DNA of 53,564 nucleotides from Candidatus Bathyarchaeia archaeon. GTDB lineage: Archaea; Thermoproteota; Bathyarchaeia; Bathyarchaeales; Bathycorpusculaceae. The stretch lies in NCBI GenBank assembly GCA_038883855.1, contig JAVZLH010000006.1, positions 1-53,564 of the forward strand. The letters are read 5' to 3'. A model generated the notes under the pieces. It was not told the DNA's origin. It did no database searches and was given only the letters and a program-made list of their open reading frames with translations. Positions 50,780-53,564 of this stretch are shown here, in pieces (position 1 is the first letter of the stretch; each line of letters starts with the position of its first letter). The translations under genes were made by a program, and so were the position numbers.

Positions 50780-51748
50780 TTAGGAAGAGATTCCATGGAC
50801 AACGCAGACATGTAGAAAGAGCAGAACCGCACCTTCTTTCCAGCTTATTCTTTTGCTTGAAATGAAATACCACAGGATTAAACATGCTGTAAGTGCGAAT
50901 GTGGCTAAGCCGGTGTAGGCTGCCATATTCACTCCAAAATTTTGGCCTATTAACGCAACTCCGAGGATGAGTGTTACGTCTATGAAGCAGCTTCCAACAA
51001 TGTTGCCTAAAGCAAGCTCAACCTGTCCTTTCATGGATGATTTCAAGCTGTTTGCAAATTCTGGCATGCTTGTTCCAAAAGCAACTATGGTGGCGCCTAT
51101 CACCACACGGGGTATTTCCATCCATTCGGCAATGTATGAGGCTGAATCCATTATGAGATATGCGCTTGCTACAACAATAATCACTCCAGCTATTGTTAAA
51201 AACACATGACGCTTTAGTTTTCCATTTCCTAGATGGGGAAGAGTTCCGTCGTCGGCTTTCTTCCTCTTTGAGAGTCTGTATATGTTGTATGCAAAAAATG
51301 CTATGAGGATTACGCCTATAACCATGCTCGCATATCCAATGTAAATTAGAATTAAGGGAATCATAGAAGCTGCAAAAAGCCCAAAGTAAAGAGCTTCCAC
51401 CTCTTCCCTAATCGTAATGGAACGCGCTTCCGAATTCTTTAAGGATGCTAGTAGAAAAGCTGCCCCAAGTATGAGGCATATGTTCACAACATTTGAGCCT
51501 AAAGCGTTTCCAATAGCTATGCCTACATCTTCCATCCCCAAAGCTGTTAAAACAGAAACGCTTAGTTCAGGAATTGTTGTAGTCATTGCAACAAGCACAA
51601 AACCTATAGTTGTCTTTCCCAAACCCGTTATCTCCGCAACCATAACAGCGTTATCAACCAAATCACTTGCACGGTCAAGAATAAAAAGTGAAACCAAAAG
51701 AAGGAGCACATTGCCAAACAAACCTAACCGCTCAAACAATTCAATCAA
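50780..51748 (-). CDS. Na+/Ca2+ (CaCA/YrbG family) antiporter
   Basis: Alpha repeats AMTTTIPEL...GNALGSN and AFGTSMPE...GNIVGS. Confidence 0.9.
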   Translation of the reverse strand: MIELFERLGLFGNVLLLLVSLFILDRASDLVDNAVMVAEITGLGKTTIGFVLVAMTTTIPELSVSVLTALGMEDVGIAIGNALGSNVVNICLILGAAFLLASLKNSEARSITIREEVEALYFGLFAASMIPLILIYIGYASMVIGVILIAFFAYNIYRLSKRKKADDGTLPHLGNGKLKRHVFLTIAGVIIVVASAYLIMDSASYIAEWMEIPRVVIGATIVAFGTSMPEFANSLKSSMKGQVELALGNIVGSCFIDVTLILGVALIGQNFGVNMAAYTGLATFALTACLILWYFISSKRISWKEGAVLLFLHVCVVHGISS

Positions 51749-51992
51749 CCCAAAATACCCAGTTTAGACATTGTGAACCTTTAAGAGGGCACTGCATATT
51801 ATCAGGGCTTTCCCCACATGTATGATTTCAAATAAAAGGCTTACATTAAAAAATAAAAGTTCCGCCCAAAAACTCAAAAACATTTCAAGCCACGATACTT
51901 ATTTGAGGTAGAATCTTGCCAAGCCTCAATCACATGCCCCTACGTCATCCACAGAAAAGCAACATCACCCGCAGACTGAGGTTTGTCTTATA

Positions 51993-52057
51993 AGCCAGGG
52001 GTGGGAGTTGAACCCACCACAGCATGGAGATTTCTCCCGCAAACCCCCTCTTTTTCT
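51993..52057 (-). repeat. Element ending in a tRNA 3' fragment (T-arm, acceptor 3' strand, U73; Thr/Cys-like), att-like
   Basis: Minus strand GTGGG-TTCAACT-CCCAC-CCCTGGC-T at 52017-51993. No matching 5' half seen in the window. Confidence 0.7.
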
Positions 52058-52276
52058 ATTTTTACTATAATTATCACTCAAATATTCGTTTATCTGCAAC
52101 TAACAGAACAAAATTTCCATAACATAACAAAGCTTATTTAAAATTCCTATAAAGGTTGGTGAGAGAATACGTTGTAAGGTTTAAAAATCGGTTTAAAGTC
52201 TCAGAATTCGGCAAGGGAACTACGCTCAAAATAAGCTTTATTATCGTGCACTTTATAAAAATTTACTGATAAACTT

Positions 52277-53021
52277 ATGAGTGGCTATGTTGTTAAAAAG
52301 TTTTGGCATCTTGGCAAGTATCGCTACGTTTTTTACCGTTTCTTAATTGAACAGTTCTGTCAACAGCAATTTAAAAATCAGTGCATACTACTTTGATGCG
52401 GGTTGCGGGCCAAATATATCTAGCCTATCTCATGTGCCAAACAATGTTTTTGTTATAGGGGTAGATATAAGCCATTGGAATATTCGTGAATCGCATCGGA
52501 AGGCTAAGGAAAAAGGTTATAAGAATTTTGATTTTGTGGTGGCAAGCATAAAGTCTTTGCCTTTTCGACAACAAATATTTGACTTGGTTATTTGTGTTGA
52601 CGTTCTGGAACATATACCAAATAATCAAAAAGCTGTAGATGAAATTTCACGCGTTTGTAAATATGGGGCTTCATTTGTTGGTTCAACTTCAAATCTTATG
52701 AATCCATTGTTAATTTTTGACTCTTTCGCGCCAAAAAGCATGGTGAGAATTCTTACCGCAAAATTTGCAGGAAGTCATTATGAAAGACATTGCCGATTAA
52801 GTTTTAACAAATTAATTCGAATCCTCAACCATTCTGGTTTTCAAGTTTGTGATGCAAAACTTCTAGGTTTTCCACCATTCCGACCTTGGGTATACGAATT
52901 TTCTAACAGAAAAATACCTTTCTACGCTTACGTATGGATCATTTTTAATAAATTAACAGAGAGAAAACCATTAAATCTCTTAAAAGAAACGGTAGCGTTT
53001 CGCGCGATAAAAAAGGGCTAA
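52277..53021 (+). CDS. Class I SAM-dependent methyltransferase, frameshift at ~52393
   Basis: The ATG 52277 frame reaches QCILL. Removing one T joins DAGCG, GVDIS, LPF, FDLVICVDVLEHI. Confidence 0.8.
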
Positions 53022-53444
53022 TTTACTATGTTTGTGCATTCCCTTTTCCATATTCTACATTTTTGGTGCGAGATGTGATATGTTCCTTATCTCGTGATAT
53101 TAAAAAGTATTGGAAGAACCAAAAACTCATAATCACTTTACATAATTTTAATGTTTATTCCATTAGTAACGTATAACCGAAAATGCTTTTATTTCGGCTT
53201 TTTCGCGTTTTTGTTTATGTTTTTGACTGTTTTCGGTTAACGCCTATTAAGCGAGGCGCAACAATACTATTGTTGCGTCATATCGTCGGCGCGTGCACGC
53301 GCAAAAAGACTTTGAGCATGATGAAAGAATAGTATTCTTTCGCTTCTTTTATCAGTTTTTAACCGAAAAATTGCTTGTTTTTGAAAAATAAGCGCAAAAT
53401 TTAAGTTTTTTGGCTGAAATAATTTTTGTTGAGGTGATTCATGT

Positions 53445-53564
53445 ATGAGTGAAGAGGAAATTGCTGGCTTAATGGCTGGCGAGATAGCCAAGGACGCGTG
53501 TGAGACGGTTAAGGGCGATTGTAAAGCAAGGTGTGAGGCTGTTCTGCGCAAAATCATAGTCGAG
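53445..53564 (+). CDS. Hypothetical protein, 5' part (runs off window)
   Basis: GAGGTGA RBS then ATG; MSEEEIAGLMAGEIAKDACETVKGDCKARCEAVLRKIIVE is open to the end. Confidence 0.6.
   Translation, partial: MSEEEIAGLMAGEIAKDACETVKGDCKARCEAVLRKIIVE

Noticed and set aside
8822-51767. Numerous long antisense ORFs (e.g. 8822-9319, 10644-11132, 14202-14720, 23777-24328, 33156-33599)
   Set aside because: Same-register mirrors of well-supported genes with Ser/Phe/Ile-rich shadow composition.
51900-51990. Known riboswitch or C/D-box sRNA upstream of the Na+/Ca2+ antiporter
   Set aside because: Short hairpins and GTGATG/GGATGA words exist, but I could not match fluoride, yybP-ykoY or complete C/D consensus.
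618-53021. Programmed ribosomal frameshifting as a common cause of the split genes
   Set aside because: No shared slippery motif or downstream structure; mixed directions in unrelated genes fit sequencing indels better.
53267-53557. 96-aa minus-strand ORF
   Set aside because: Opposes a plus-strand ORF with a strong RBS (53445) and spans promoter-like AT-rich DNA.
1-53564. CRISPR array, rRNA, IS element or integrase
   Set aside because: No regularly spaced repeats, rRNA signatures or transposase/recombinase motifs found.

Overview
Archaeal chromosomal segment, most consistent with Bathyarchaeia/TACK. This is inferred from rps25e, rps26e, an HMf-type histone, Csl4, Rpo6/Rpo11, TFB, TFS, thermosome and tetraether synthase. 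About 60 CDS, mostly housekeeping, and two intact tRNAs (Gly-CCC, Gln-TTG). Two gene-poor, pseudogene-containing accessory stretches lie at ~1.9-4.1 kb and ~48.6-53.5 kb. No CRISPR array, rRNA, transposase or integrase is visible. About a dozen single-base frameshifts and one in-frame nonsense codon fall in otherwise intact genes, so the sequence probably carries long-read consensus errors, and single-base observations need read-level checks. Most notable: (1) a mevalonate locus where a thiolase-fold protein lacking all recognisable catalytic residues sits next to a DUF35-HMG-CoA synthase fusion; (2) a SerK/ParB-like gene directly upstream of TrpB2 and divergent from an ACT regulator; (3) a twice-repeated ~65-nt element carrying a tRNA 3' end, flanking a Na+/Ca2+ antiporter and a 23-aa micro-ORF; (4) two conserved genes whose only plausible start is ACG; (5) structured 5' leaders before tfb and before a TRAM-SSB-TRAM operon.
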